Positions 56,522 through 56,744 of a DNA stretch of 56,744 bases are shown here, piece by piece. The position numbers and the translations under genes are program-made. Source of the stretch: an uncultured Spartobacteria bacterium (lineage in GTDB: Bacteria; Verrucomicrobiota; Verrucomicrobiia; Chthoniobacterales; Terrimicrobiaceae); contig CALBXK010000280.1 in assembly GCA_937890535.1 (NCBI GenBank), positions 1 through 56,744 on the forward strand, in the 5' to 3' direction. Every line of letters begins with the position of its first letter. Position 1 is the first letter of the stretch. The notes beneath the pieces are model-generated. The model worked only from the letters and a program-made list of their open reading frames with translations. It was not told the origin of the DNA and made no database searches.

Positions 56522-56623
56522 GAACGAGGGATAGCCTTAGCCTTAGGGGTCAGTCCGTGCATAGATGCAGTTGCACGCATGCACGGACTGACCCTCGTTC
56601 CTCGCGAAACTGACCCTCGTTCC
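56522..56623. repeat. Nested palindrome plus 15-bp direct repeats
   Basis: gggtcagtccgtgcat (56547-56562) and atgcacggactgaccc (56579-56594) are perfect 16-bp inverted repeats. Outer arms gaacga (56522-56527) and tcgttc (56595-56600) are 6 bp and, because the outer ggg (56528-56530) competes for the same ccc (56592-56594) used by the inner stem, extend it across a bulge. actgaccctcgttcc occurs at 56587-56601 and again at 56609-56623. Confidence 0.85.
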
Positions 56624-56654
56624 GAAAACCAAAAAGAACTCAAAAAAGCATATT

Positions 56655-56744
56655 ATGACCGCCATTCTCGCTGATGCACCGATTTCCTTGGAGCCGGCCG
56701 CCGTCCGCGCTTGGACCGAAGGAAGAACAATATTTATCGAACCC
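56655..56744 (+). CDS. Start of a small ORF, possibly DUF2442-like; runs off the window
   Basis: MTAILADAPISLEPAAVRAWTEGRTIFIEP.. Only 30 codons are visible. The resemblance to DUF2442 N-termini (..V.....L.I.L.DGR) is tentative. Confidence 0.25.
   Translation, partial: MTAILADAPISLEPAAVRAWTEGRTIFIEP

Noticed and set aside
1-56744. Searched the ORF translations for defence or mobile systems: restriction-modification, CRISPR-Cas, toxin-antitoxin, retron/RT (YxDD), Abi, phage integrase, DDE transposase.
   Set aside because: No recognisable signature was seen other than the roughly 30-codon IS3 relic and a possible DUF2442-like start at the extreme 3' edge. I will not claim a defence system here.

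Overview
This is a gene-dense chromosomal window of roughly 57-60% GC by eye, with about 60 CDS and one tRNA-Arg(CCG). There is no rRNA, no CRISPR array, no intact mobile element and no recognisable defence system. The gene content suggests a Verrucomicrobiota/PVC-type genome: DapL-type LL-diaminopimelate aminotransferase, a TIGR04073-like exosortase-associated protein, a delta-60/DUF5122 repeat protein and many starts without a Shine-Dalgarno. This taxonomic call is inference only. Most of the window is housekeeping or central metabolism: ribE, hpt, ruvA, rpoZ, smpB, add, gpsA-plsY, msrB, pdxH, SOD, dapL, gluQ, a nitrite/sulfite reductase and a glcB-glcDEF glycolate/malate synthase operon. 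The parts most worth a second look are listed here. (1) A Cache hybrid histidine kinase, a CheY-like regulator, an H-box-REC-PP2C phosphatase and a STAS protein form a partner-switching cluster. It has a second divergent STAS gene but no anti-sigma kinase or sigma factor (21.2-26.5 kb). (2) A staphyloxanthin-like C30 carotenoid cluster (crtO-crtQ-crtP plus aldH-crtN) lacks crtM and is led by a secreted TPR protein (40.0-46.7 kb). (3) ruvA is translationally coupled to an unknown 440-aa protein instead of ruvB. (4) A four-gene ECF sigma module sits at 0.6-2.7 kb. (5) Several non-coding elements are present: a REP-like palindrome with 25-bp arms plus a decayed second copy, C-rich/G-rich short tandem repeats with G-quadruplex potential flanking a BNR-repeat gene and a MarA-like regulator, a nested palindrome/direct-repeat block, and heptamer repeats abutting the dapL start. 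(6) Two decay relics are present: an IS3-type transposase fragment and an internally deleted methyltransferase. I saw nothing I can defend as a clearly new multi-gene system. The partner-switching cluster and the orphan MoxR pair are the best candidates. All function calls rest on motif recognition by eye, since no searches were run.
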